Source of the DNA: an uncultured Thermoleophilia bacterium
Lineage (GTDB): Bacteria > Actinomycetota > Thermoleophilia > UBA2241
Length of the DNA: 64,000 nt
Assembly: GCA_963702475.1 (NCBI GenBank)
Contig: CAVPCT010000004.1
Span: 352,001 to 416,000 of the forward strand
Direction: 5' to 3'
In this document: in pieces, positions 19,818-29,398 of the stretch
Numbering within the stretch: position 1 is the first letter of the stretch
Layout of the letters: the number at the start of each line of letters is the position of its first letter
Notes under the pieces: generated by a model
What the model was told of the DNA's origin: nothing
Database searches by the model: none
Seen by the model: only the letters and a program-made list of their open reading frames with translations
Program-made: the position numbers and the translations under genes

Positions 19818-21240
19818 CGGGACGAGTCTGGCCGGCCTTGCCGAGGGGGTGGCCGTCGGCGAGCTATCCGCCGCAGACCTCGTCGCGCTCGTGTACGAGC
19901 GCGTCGGACTGCACAATGCGCGGATCAACGCCGTCGTGGCGCTGCGCAGCGAGGAGGAGGCGCTGGCCGAAGCGCGCGCTCTTGATGAGCGCGCGCGCCG
20001 GGGAGAGCCGCTCGGACCGCTGGCCGGAGTGCCGTTCCTCGTCAAGGATTCACAGGACCTCAGCGGCCTGCCGACCCGGCATGGGTCGTTGCTGCTCGAG
20101 GACGCGCCGCCCGCGGAGCGCGACGCGCAGAGCGTCGCGCGGCTCCGGGCGGCCGGCGCTGTGCCGGTCGGCAAGACCAACGTGCCCGAGTTCTGCTTCG
20201 AGGGGTTCACCGCCAACCGCCTCTTCGGCGAGACGCTGAACCCGTGGGCGCCGCGGTGGTCTCCCGGCGGCTCCAGCGGCGGCTCCGCCGCCGCCATGGC
20301 CGCCGGCATGGTCCCGTTCGCGACGGCCACCGACGGCGGCGGCTCCGTGCGCATCCCCGCCTCGTTCTGTGGGCTGTACGGACTCAAGCCCACCACCGGC
20401 CTCATCGCCCGGGAGGCTGCTCCGGACTGGCTCGACTACACCACCGACGGGCCGCTCGCGCTCTGCATGGCCGACCTGCGGCTGCTGCTGCAGGCGCAGG
20501 CCGGCCATGCGCCGGGCGACCCGGCCTCGCTCCCCACCCAGCTGGTGCGCCGCGTGCTGTGGGCGGGCGGCGAGCCGACACCCTCCGTCGTCCTCGCGGC
20601 GCCGCGCTTCACCGACTGGGGGCCGTTGCCCAATGCGGTGGCGGACCTGTTCGACGCGGCCCTCACCAGCCTCGAGAAGGACCTCGGCCTCCGCGTGGAG
20701 CCGCTGGCCCCGGCGCAGATCTTCGGTGGCCTCAACGTGGACGAGGACTGGTGGCTGACGGCCGCCTGTGAGCAGGCACGCGAGTTCGGCGCCGACGCCC
20801 TGGCGGCCGAGGAGTCGCGCGTGCACCCGGCGTTCTTCAAGGCGATGGAGTACGGTCTGAGCGTGACCCTCGACGACTACCTCGGCGCGCGTCGCCGGCG
20901 CTTCGGCTTCATACGCGCTCTGGACGAGCTCCTTGGCGCCGACCGCGTCCTGGTCACGCCCACGATGCCGGTGACCGGGTTCACGGCCGACGGTCGCGAG
21001 ACCGGCGCGACCGAGGCCGGCACCCGCTGGTCGTCGTACAACACGCAGGCCCAGAACGTGACCGGCCACCCTGCGCTCACCGTGCCGGCCGGTGTTGCGC
21101 CGAACGGCGTGCCCTTCGGACTGCAGATCACCGGCCCTCGCTACGGCGATGCCCTTATCATTGCGCTCGGGGAAGCGTGGGAGGAGGCTCACCCGGCGAC
21201 GGCTGTGGCGCCGGGATTCGACGCGTTCCCCGGCGCCTGA
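19810..21240 (+). CDS. Amidase signature family protein
   Basis: 'GVPFLVKD', 'GKTNVPEF', 'PGGSSGGSAAA', 'TDGGGSVRIPA'. Confidence 0.93.
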   Translation: MTDGTSLAGLAEGVAVGELSAADLVALVYERVGLHNARINAVVALRSEEEALAEARALDERARRGEPLGPLAGVPFLVKDSQDLSGLPTRHGSLLLEDAPPAERDAQSVARLRAAGAVPVGKTNVPEFCFEGFTANRLFGETLNPWAPRWSPGGSSGGSAAAMAAGMVPFATATDGGGSVRIPASFCGLYGLKPTTGLIAREAAPDWLDYTTDGPLALCMADLRLLLQAQAGHAPGDPASLPTQLVRRVLWAGGEPTPSVVLAAPRFTDWGPLPNAVADLFDAALTSLEKDLGLRVEPLAPAQIFGGLNVDEDWWLTAACEQAREFGADALAAEESRVHPAFFKAMEYGLSVTLDDYLGARRRRFGFIRALDELLGADRVLVTPTMPVTGFTADGRETGATEAGTRWSSYNTQAQNVTGHPALTVPAGVAPNGVPFGLQITGPRYGDALIIALGEAWEEAHPATAVAPGFDAFPGA

Positions 21241-21402
21241 GGCGCGCCACCGCTTTCAGGAGCGGGCCGGGGCCGAGTGCCCTGCCTGCGCGACGGTGCT
21301 TCGCCGGTCGCGCCGTCGACGGGCCGCCGCGTTCTCCTTGTCCGCGCTTGCACAATCTTCCGCAACCGCGTCGCAACACAGACTTCACATTAGGCCCCGA
21401 GA

Positions 21403-21590
21403 ATGGCGTCAAGCCATACGACGGCATCGACGGCTGCCCCCCCGGCCGTCGGGACGCGACAGAGTCCGGTGCGCCCCCACCGTGTCGCTCCCACCATTGC
21501 CCGGGCGGACTACCTCCTGCGCCCGGGAGCCGCTGGCCCCATATGGGCCGCGACGACTGCCCCCCAGTCGTCGCGGCCCATCCCCCTTTC
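21403..21590 (+). ncRNA. Candidate sRNA with four C-rich-loop hairpins (6C-RNA-like)
   Basis: Hairpins at 21428-21451, 21456-21488, 21500-21527 and 21543-21581 with loops GCCCCCCC, CGCCCC, ...ACCUCCU..., CCCCC; G-U pairs favour the + strand. Confidence 0.4.
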
Positions 21591-21692
21591 TGGGGCGTGA
21601 ACGGCACAGACGGCATCGAGCGGCAGCCAACGAGGAGGACGCACCGCACGCGGGTACGATGCGCCCATGACCCTGCCTGCCTGCACCCGCGG

Positions 21693-22412
21693 ATGAGCGG
21701 TCCGGCTTCCTCTGCCGGTGCACCCGTACCGCACCCCCGGTGGTTCCAGGACGCCCTCATCGTAGGGAGCCTGCTCGCGCCCGAGGGTGCGGCGGCATAC
21801 GACACGGCGATGCGCTGGTGGCACTGGTTGCCCGAGGGCCAGGCCTGCGGGCCCGGCGCGGAGGCTCGCCGCTGCCTCGGTCCACTGCTCCGACGGCTCG
21901 TCCGAAGCCGGGCAACGGCTCGTGCGCTTCATCACCCCGAAGCGCAAACAGGCGATGCACCCGGTGCTCCTCGGCGTGCGCTTCGAGCTGGTGTTCATCA
22001 AACCGGAGCGCATGGCCGGCGCGGAACTGCTGGGGGAGCCCGGGCTCCGAGTCTTCGCGTGACCTGCCGCGAGCGCACGCTCATCGACATGCTGGACCGC
22101 AGCGACCTCTGCGGCGGCGTGCCGGCCGTAGCCGCGGTCCTGCTCCGCGTGTGGCCCGAGCTCGACCTCGAGCGCCTGAGCGTGGTCTCCAGGAGCAGTT
22201 CGGGGGCGGCACGGTGCCGAAGAAGGCTCGGCTACATCGCCGAGCGCATGGGCCTGCTGCTGCCCGACGACCCGCTGCTGGAACGGTGGCGCCGACTCAT
22301 CGGCGCCGGGTACTCACTTCTGGAGCGCGGCGGCGAGCCGCGCGGTCGTTTCGTGCGGCGCTGGGGCCTGCGGGACAACGTCCCGGAGCTCGAGGGGCTC
22401 AGCCCTGGCTGA
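21693..22412 (+). pseudogene. AbiEi-like (type IV TA antitoxin) C-terminal domain, two frameshifts, no obvious N-terminal wHTH
   Basis: 'IVGSLLAPEGAAAYDTAM', other frame 'VRFITPKRK...GVRFELVFI', then 'VTCRERTLIDMLDRSDLCGG...RRLGY...RWGLRDN'; start uncertain. Confidence 0.65.
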
Positions 22413-22576
22413 TCGCGTGGCCTGAGAAGGGTGTCGCCACGCGCGTCATCGGCGCGGCGCGACCTTCGTCGCGCCTCGCACGCGGCGACCCCTCCTCGCA
22501 GGCGCCCCGGGCATGGTAGCGTTCGCTGAACGCTGAGCGGCGACCCCGGTCGGGGCGCCGCGGGGAAGGAGCGCCG

Positions 22577-22861
22577 ATGGGCTGTTGTCTGATCGTGGGC
22601 GTGCTGGCCGCCTCGCCACGCCTCATCCTGCTGGGCATGTGGCTGTTCACCGACTACCTCACCACCGCGGGTATCGCGTTCGCGTGGGGACTCATCGGCT
22701 GGATCTTCCTTCCGTGCACGACCATCGCCTACTCGATCGCCGTGAACTCGTTCGGCGGTCTCCAAGGTTGGGGGACTGTCGTGTTCGCCGTCGGCATCCT
22801 GATCGACATCCTGATCTACGCGAGCGGCGGGCGCAGTCGGCGGGAGCGCGCCTCGACCTGA
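22577..22861 (+). CDS. Small membrane protein
   Basis: RBS GAAGGAG; hydrophobic 94 aa 'SPRL...GWIFLPCTTIAY'. Confidence 0.75.
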   Translation: MGCCLIVGVLAASPRLILLGMWLFTDYLTTAGIAFAWGLIGWIFLPCTTIAYSIAVNSFGGLQGWGTVVFAVGILIDILIYASGGRSRRERAST

Positions 22862-22915
22862 CGGTCGCGGAGAGCCCGCCGCATCGCCGAGGTGTGCGAC
22901 CGGCGGTGACGGGCG

Positions 22916-24243
22916 TCAGTCCCTGGGCGGTGCGGCCGCCGGCCGCGCGGCGAGTGCGGGGCCGTCGTCCGGCGGCGGCGAGAGGCCGGCTCCGCCGGCC
23001 ACCACCACGCCGGACGCAGCCGCCACACGTCCTTCACGAGCAGTACCCAGAACGCCACGACCACGCCCAGGATCGCACTGGCCCAGCAGACGGCCGTCAC
23101 GCCGAAGGCCTGGGCGAGGGGGCCGGCCAGCGCCAGTCCCGCCGGCCAGAGCGCCATCGACGCCATCCAGTCCCAGGCGACCACGCGGCCCAGGGATTCC
23201 TCGGGGATCTGCGTCTGTAGCGTGGTGTTCCAGATGGCCACGAGGATCCCGACGGCGACGCCGCGCAGGCCGTACACGACCCCGAGCGTCCACGGGTCTC
23301 CTGAGATGGCCATGGCCAGCGGCGCCGCGACGGCGGTGCTCCCCGTGAGCGTGACCACGATCATCGGGCGCTTGGGCCGGTAGCGGAGCGCCACCATGGC
23401 GCCGGCGATCATGCCCGCGCTGAAGATCGCCTGGAGCCAGCCCCACACGGCGGCGCCGTAGCCCTGCTCGCGCAGTCCCAGCGGGCCGAGCACCTGGAAC
23501 GGCGCGATGACGACGAACAGCACGAGGCACACGCGCAGGAGCATCACCCAGAGCCAGGTGCGCGACCTGACCTCACGCCAGCCCGCGCGCAGTTCCGCGA
23601 AGAAGCCGAGCACGGCCTCGCTCTTGACGACGGCGGGGATCCGGAGCGTCGCCAGGAAGGCCGCACTGACGAGAAAGGTGGCGCCGTCCACGGCTATCGC
23701 ACCGCCGGCGCCGATGAGGGCGACGAGGGTGCCGGCGATGGCGGGCCCGACCATCCAGCCGAAGTTGTCGCTCATGCCCATCAGCGCGTTGGCCTGCTGC
23801 AGCCGCGCCGGCGGCACGATCTGCGGCAGCAGGGCGCCGGCTGCCGGGCGGAAGAACGCCTCTGCGGCGCCGTGCGCCGCCGCCAGCACGGCGAGCTGCC
23901 AGATCTGCGCCGCGCCCGTGAGCAGCAGCACGGCGCCGATGATCTGTACCGCCGCGCGCACGAGGTCGCTCGCCATCATGAGGCCGGCGCGCGGCAGCCT
24001 GTCCGCCCACACGCCGCCGACCAGGGCGAGCGCGACCAGCGGCAGGCTCTGCGCCGCGAGCACGATGCCGAGGTCGGTGCCCGAGCCGGTGAGGTCGAGC
24101 ACGGCGAAGGTGAGCGCCACCGGCGTGATGCCGTCGCCGAACACCGAGATCGACTGCGCGACGAACACGTTGCGGAAGTCGCGCAGCCGGAGGAGTCCGG
24201 CGCCTTCGCGCAGGCGGCCGGGGACAAGTCGTGAGAGCGCCAT
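22916..24243 (-). CDS. MFS transporter (DHA3-like); probable frameshift in the C-terminal tail
   Basis: 'GGVWADRLPR', 'DLVRA', 'FFRPA', 'VDGATFLVSA'; plausible tail continues to TGA at 22916 in the neighbouring frame. Confidence 0.85.
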
Positions 24244-24331
24244 GCTCCGAGTCTACTAGGCTCGGGGCCGGCTGCTCACCGGTGCGGCGGCGTTCCGGGA
24301 CGGGCTGCCGCCGCGGCGCTGACCGCCGCCC

Positions 24332-25096
24332 TCAGCTCGACAGTTTGGTGGCGCCGCGCGCCGCCCAGAGCGCCATGATGCCGGTCACGGTGGCGAACCC
24401 GAACGTCACCCCCAAGCCCACGAGCAGCGACGAGGCGCTCCAGCCGACGTTGATGAGCGACCGCATGGAATCGAACACGTAGGTCGTCGGGTTGATGGTC
24501 GCCGCCACCTTGAGCCAGGTCGCCGTGACGTATTCCTTCGGCACGAACGTGTAGCTCAGGAAGATCAGCGGGAAGAAGGCGAAGGTCGCCGCCTGGGCCG
24601 CCGCCGCGTTCTTGGTCTTCAGCGCCATGAAGGCCGCATACCCCGCGAAGGCCATACCCCAGAGGAAGGCGAGGACCACCACCATCAGGAAGCCGAGCGG
24701 ACCGGTCGCGATATCGAGTCCCATGGCCAGGGCGAGGAGCATCACCAGAACGACCTGGCCGGTGAGGATGATGGCGCTGGCCACCATGGGCCCCCAGATC
24801 ACGGCCAGACGCCGTGTCGGCGTGAGCAGGAGCTTGGTGAAGTAGCCGTTGTCGATGTCCTTGATGAGGGTCTGTCCGGCGAGCCCTGCGCCGCCGACGG
24901 CGGCGGACACGATGCTGACCGGCAGGATGAACCCGAGGTAGGTGCCCACGAAGCCGGGGAGCTGCTCCACGCTGTTGAGGCCGCTGTTGTAGACGAACAG
25001 GAAGAACACGCTGATGGCGATGTTCGGCACGATGGTGGCCGGCTGCCGCAGGGCGTTGCGCAGCGAGCGGCCGATGAGGATGAGGATGTCGTTCAT
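24332..25096 (-). CDS. ABC-2 type permease (DrrB-like)
   Basis: Six hydrophobic segments, 'DIDNGYFTKLLLTP', 'INPTTY'; ATGA overlap with the ATPase. Confidence 0.88.
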   Translation of the reverse strand: MNDILILIGRSLRNALRQPATIVPNIAISVFFLFVYNSGLNSVEQLPGFVGTYLGFILPVSIVSAAVGGAGLAGQTLIKDIDNGYFTKLLLTPTRRLAVIWGPMVASAIILTGQVVLVMLLALAMGLDIATGPLGFLMVVVLAFLWGMAFAGYAAFMALKTKNAAAAQAATFAFFPLIFLSYTFVPKEYVTATWLKVAATINPTTYVFDSMRSLINVGWSASSLLVGLGVTFGFATVTGIMALWAARGATKLSS

Positions 25097-26226
25097 GACC
25101 CGGCCTCCTCGTCGGGGACGACGGGTCTGGCGCCGCCCGTCGCGTTGGGCGCGTCCTCGAGGACGGCGGCGACGAAGGCGGCCTCGGCGGCGGCTCTGCC
25201 GCCGCCCGACCCGCCGCCGGAGCCAGAGTCGCCGCCGCGCTCCTCCGTCGCGGCGCCTTCGTCGATCTCGTGCTCGAGCGCCTGGCCGGTGACACGCAGA
25301 AACACGTCGTCGAGGGTGGGCTGCTCGATGGTGAGGCCCTGGAGCCTGATGTCGGCGCCGTCCAGGGCCCGGACCAGCTCGGGCACGTTCTCGGCGGCGC
25401 GCCCGAAATACAGGCGCAGGTCGCGGTTCGCCGTCTGGCGGCTCGGTGCGACCGGCGCGAGGACGTCGGACGCGCGCGCCGCGTCCTCGCGCGAGCCGAA
25501 CTGCAACTCCACGACCTCTTCGCCGACCTCGCGCTTGAGCTCTGCCGGCGTGCCGTGTGCGACGATCCGGCCCCTGTCGATGATGGCGATCTCGTCGGCG
25601 AGCCTGTCCGCCTCCTCCAGGTACTGCGTAGTGAGGAAGATCGTCATGCCCCGCTCGGTGTTGAGGCGGCGGACCTCTTCCCAGATCGCCGCCCTGCTGG
25701 CCGGGTCCAGCCCGGTCGTCGGCTCGTCGAGGAACAGGACGCGCGGATCGTGGACGAGCGCCAGCGCCAGGTCGAGACGCCGCTTCATGCCTCCCGAGTA
25801 CGAGCCCGCGCGTTTCTTCGGGTCCACGTCGTCGAGGCCCACGGTCGCCAGCAACCGCTCCGCAGTCTTCTTCGCCCTGTCGCGGGAGGTGCCGAAGAGC
25901 TCCGACTGCAGGACGAGCAGCTCGCGAGCCGTCATCAGCGGGTCGAGTCCCACGTCCTGTAGCGCCACGCCGATCGCCTGACGCACCTTGCCGCCCTGTC
26001 GCTGCACGTCGTAGCCGGCGACGGTCGCGCGCCCCGCCGTCGGGTCCAGGATCGTCGTCAGGATCTTCACGAGCGTCGACTTGCCGGCCCCGTTCGGCCC
26101 GAGGAAGCCGAAGATGCGGCCGCCGGGGATGTCCAGGTCGACGCCGTCCACTGCGCGTTGCGCGCCGAAGGAGCGGCGCAGTCCCTTCGCTCGGATGCTG
26201 CGGTCCTCGCCGTTGAGCTGTGCCAT
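25093..26226 (-). CDS. ABC transporter ATP-binding protein (DrrA-like)
   Basis: Walker A 'GPNGAGKST', signature 'YSGGMKRR', 'LFLDEPTTGLDP', 'PTLDDVFL'. Confidence 0.93.
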   Translation of the reverse strand: MAQLNGEDRSIRAKGLRRSFGAQRAVDGVDLDIPGGRIFGFLGPNGAGKSTLVKILTTILDPTAGRATVAGYDVQRQGGKVRQAIGVALQDVGLDPLMTARELLVLQSELFGTSRDRAKKTAERLLATVGLDDVDPKKRAGSYSGGMKRRLDLALALVHDPRVLFLDEPTTGLDPASRAAIWEEVRRLNTERGMTIFLTTQYLEEADRLADEIAIIDRGRIVAHGTPAELKREVGEEVVELQFGSREDAARASDVLAPVAPSRQTANRDLRLYFGRAAENVPELVRALDGADIRLQGLTIEQPTLDDVFLRVTGQALEHEIDEGAATEERGGDSGSGGGSGGGRAAAEAAFVAAVLEDAPNATGGARPVVPDEEAGS

Positions 26227-26362
26227 GCCGCCCTCCTCGGTCGCCGGGCTCCGACCGGTACTCGCACGAGCCCCCGGCTGTTTGAGAACGATTCCCAGGT
26301 GGAGGCGGGGTCAATCGTCGGTGCGACGGGTAGAACCCGGGCAGCGACCCCAGGAGGCCCCC

Positions 26363-27733
26363 ATGCCCGTGTTCGAGACGCGCGCCGTCATGCCTGTTCC
26401 CGTCGAGGAGCTCTTCGCGTACCATGCGCGCCCCGGCGCGTTCGAGCGTCTGGCGCCGCCGTGGCAGCGACTGGATATCGTGGAACAGACCGGCGGTATG
26501 CGCGACGGCGGCCGAGTCGTGTTCGACGTGCGCCTGGGGCCGGCCAGGAAGCGCTGGGTCGCCGAGATGTCCGGCTTCCGCGAAGGCGCGCAGTTCGTGG
26601 ACACGCAGGTGGAGGGGCCCTTCGCGCGCTGGCAGCACACGCACCGGTTCGTGGCGGTGGATGACTCCACCAGCGAGCTTGTCGACCACGTGGAGTACGG
26701 GCTGCCGGCCGGCGGGCTCACCGAGTGGTTCGGTGAGGGGCCGGCCGAGAAGCAGCTGCAGCGGCTGTTCGCCTTCCGTCAAGAGCGTACGCGGCTCGAC
26801 CTCGAGCGACACGCGCTGTGGCGCGAGCGACCGCGCCTCAAGGTCGCCATAACGGGCGCGAGCGGTCTGATCGGCTCGCACCTCTCCGTGTACCTGACGA
26901 CCGCGGGGCACGAGGTCGTGAAGCTCGTGCGCCGCGAAAACGCCGGGCCGAGTGAGGTGTCCTGGGACCCGGCCTCCGGCCGGCTCGATCCCGACGACCT
27001 CGAAGGGGTCGATGCGTTCGTGAACCTTGCCGGCGCGACCATCGGGACGCTGTGGACGCCCAAGCGCAAGACGGCGATCATGGAGAGCCGTCTGCAGGCG
27101 ACGGCGACGCTGGTCGAGGCGATCCTGCACATGCCGGCGCCGCCCAGGGTGCTCGTGTCGTCCTCCGCGGTGGGCGCCTACGGATCCCGCGGCGGGCTCG
27201 CCCTCACGGAGGAGACCGACCTGGGCGAGGGCTACCTGGCCGAGGTCTGCCGCGTGTGGGAGGCCGCGGCGGAAAGGGCCGCGGTGGCCGGCGTGCGCGT
27301 GGTGACGCCGCGGCAGGGCATCGTGCTCACGGCGTCGGGCGGGGCGCTCGCGCAGCAGCTCCCCGCCTTCAGGTCGGGCCTCGGCATCCGTCTCGGTGAC
27401 GGCAACCAGTGGTGGAGCTGGGTCGCCCTGGACGACGTGCTCGGCGCGATCGAGTGGCTGCTGCACGACGAGCAGCTCTCGGGTCCGGTGAATGTGACCG
27501 CTCCGGAGCCGGTGACCAATCTGGAGTTCGCCAAGACGCTGGGGCACGTGCTTCGCCGTCCGGCGGTCCTGTTCGCGCCGGAGAGGGTCGTGAAGACCGT
27601 GTTGGGCGGGATGGCCCGCGAGATGCTGCTGGCCAGCCAGCGGGCCGTGCCGATGAAGCTGAACCAGCGCGGTTTTCGCTTCGCCTTTCCCGAACTCGAA
27701 GGGGCGCTTCGCTACGAGGTCGGGCGGTCCTGA
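26363..27733 (+). CDS. SRPBCC domain fused to TIGR01777-type NAD-dependent epimerase
   Basis: N-terminal 'FERLAPPW...FVDTQVEGPFARWQHTHRF'; 'AITGASGLIG', 'NLAG', 'GPVNVTAPEPVTN', 'LLASQRAVP'. Confidence 0.88.
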   Translation: MPVFETRAVMPVPVEELFAYHARPGAFERLAPPWQRLDIVEQTGGMRDGGRVVFDVRLGPARKRWVAEMSGFREGAQFVDTQVEGPFARWQHTHRFVAVDDSTSELVDHVEYGLPAGGLTEWFGEGPAEKQLQRLFAFRQERTRLDLERHALWRERPRLKVAITGASGLIGSHLSVYLTTAGHEVVKLVRRENAGPSEVSWDPASGRLDPDDLEGVDAFVNLAGATIGTLWTPKRKTAIMESRLQATATLVEAILHMPAPPRVLVSSSAVGAYGSRGGLALTEETDLGEGYLAEVCRVWEAAAERAAVAGVRVVTPRQGIVLTASGGALAQQLPAFRSGLGIRLGDGNQWWSWVALDDVLGAIEWLLHDEQLSGPVNVTAPEPVTNLEFAKTLGHVLRRPAVLFAPERVVKTVLGGMAREMLLASQRAVPMKLNQRGFRFAFPELEGALRYEVGRS

Positions 27734-27761
27734 GGCCTACGCGCGCGCGGGCCGCCGGCGC

Positions 27762-28403
27762 TCAGTACGCGATCGCGACAGCGTGCCCGACGTTGTCTCG
27801 CCGCTCCAGCTCGTCGAGCATGAAGGCGGCCGCGTCGGCCCGGGCGATGCGTCGCCCGCCCGGCAGCGAGAAGCCCGGCCCTACGCGGTAGATGCCGCGC
27901 GCCGGGTCGTCGCTGAGGGCCGGCGCGCGCACGACGGTCCAGTCCAACTCGCTCTGGCGGACGCTGGTCTCCATGCGCCGCAGGTCGTCGAAGGCAGCGC
28001 TCTCGAAGAGCGGCTTGACCACGCGCTCGTGCAGCCACGACCGTTCCGGGTCGCGCCCCGGGCGCGTGCCCGCGGCAGAGAGCACGACGAGCCGGCGCAC
28101 GCCGTAGCGCTGCATGGAGCGGATCACGTTGAGCGTGCCCAGCGCGTTGACGGCAGGGTCCTTGTGACGCCGGGCCACGCCGAGGGCGACCAGCACGGCT
28201 TCACGGCCGTCGATGGCGTCGCTCACGGCGCCGCCGTCGAGCACGTCGCCGCGAACGACGTGCAGGCGGGCGGCGAGCTCGCCCAGGCGCTCCGGGGCGC
28301 GGGCCAGCGCGGTCACCTCGTGACCGCGCTCCAGCGCGCCCTGCGCCAGCAGCCGCCCCGTGCGGCCTGTGGCTCCCACGATCAGGACCTTCATCTCCGC
28401 CAT
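27762..28403 (-). CDS. NAD(P)H-binding oxidoreductase (biliverdin reductase B-like)
   Basis: 'IVGATGRTG', 'GDVLD', 'LDWTVVR', 'IARADAA'. Confidence 0.88.
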   Translation of the reverse strand: MAEMKVLIVGATGRTGRLLAQGALERGHEVTALARAPERLGELAARLHVVRGDVLDGGAVSDAIDGREAVLVALGVARRHKDPAVNALGTLNVIRSMQRYGVRRLVVLSAAGTRPGRDPERSWLHERVVKPLFESAAFDDLRRMETSVRQSELDWTVVRAPALSDDPARGIYRVGPGFSLPGGRRIARADAAAFMLDELERRDNVGHAVAIAY

Positions 28404-28534
28404 CGTAGCAGCCTCCTCCGCGGGACGATGGCGTCTCCTGCCGTGGCCTGACTCGACCCCGGTGTCGCCCGGGGAGGCAACGGCCGGGGAGCGCGGGCCA
28501 ACGGCGCGGAGCCCGCGCGCGGTATCATCCGCCC

Positions 28535-29221
28535 GTGAGCGTGGTTCTCTCCGACAGGATCGTCCTCATCACGGGCGGCGGCACCGGCATCGGCCGGGAG
28601 CTCAGCCTTGCGTTCGCGCGCGCCGGTTGTCGTCTCGCGATCACCTACTACGAGCACCGCGCCGACGCGGAGGGGGTCGCGCAGCTGTGCCGTACGCTGG
28701 GTTCGGCCGACGTGCTCACGTCGCCCCTGCAGCTCGCCGACGAGGATAGCGTCTGCTCGCTCGTGGAGGCGGTGGGCCGGCACTACGACGGCGTGGACAT
28801 CCTGGTGCACAACGCCGGCACCATCGACTGGCGCCGGTTCCTCGACCAGGACTTCTGGTCCATCGAGAACCAGCTCACGGTGAACCTGGGCGGGGTCATG
28901 AAGCTCACGTGGGCCATGCTCCCCGTGGTGCGCGACACGGTGATCGCCATAGGGAGCACGGCCGCCCTGCACGACTCGCGCACGCCGCCCACGTACTGCG
29001 CCACCAAGTGGGGCCTGCGCGGGTTCATGAAGGCGATGGCGCTGGAGCGTCCGGGCAAGCGTTTCGTCTGCGTGCACCCCACGGGGACCGCCACGCGCAT
29101 GAACGAGATGGCCGGCATGCCGCCGGAGCGGGTCGCCGAGATCGTGGTCCGCGTGGCCGCCCACGACATCGAGGTGCCCTCCGGCGGCGAGATCGACATG
29201 CGCGATTACCTGGAGAAGTGA
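28535..29221 (+). CDS. Short-chain dehydrogenase/reductase
   Basis: 'TGGGTGIG', 'HNAG', catalytic 'YCATK'. Confidence 0.9.
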   Translation: MSVVLSDRIVLITGGGTGIGRELSLAFARAGCRLAITYYEHRADAEGVAQLCRTLGSADVLTSPLQLADEDSVCSLVEAVGRHYDGVDILVHNAGTIDWRRFLDQDFWSIENQLTVNLGGVMKLTWAMLPVVRDTVIAIGSTAALHDSRTPPTYCATKWGLRGFMKAMALERPGKRFVCVHPTGTATRMNEMAGMPPERVAEIVVRVAAHDIEVPSGGEIDMRDYLEK

Positions 29222-29398
29222 GGCGGGAGGGCTGGGCCGGCCGCGCGCACGCAGCGTGACGCAGCGTACACGGTGAGGGGCCGGGCCGGCTGCGCTCGCC
29301 GGCCCGGCCCCTCGTCTCTGGAGGCGCGGCTCCCAGGAGGTGGAGCCTCGATCCCCGCCGCAGGTGAGGCGTGAAGCGGCGGCCCGCAGGCGCGCCGC

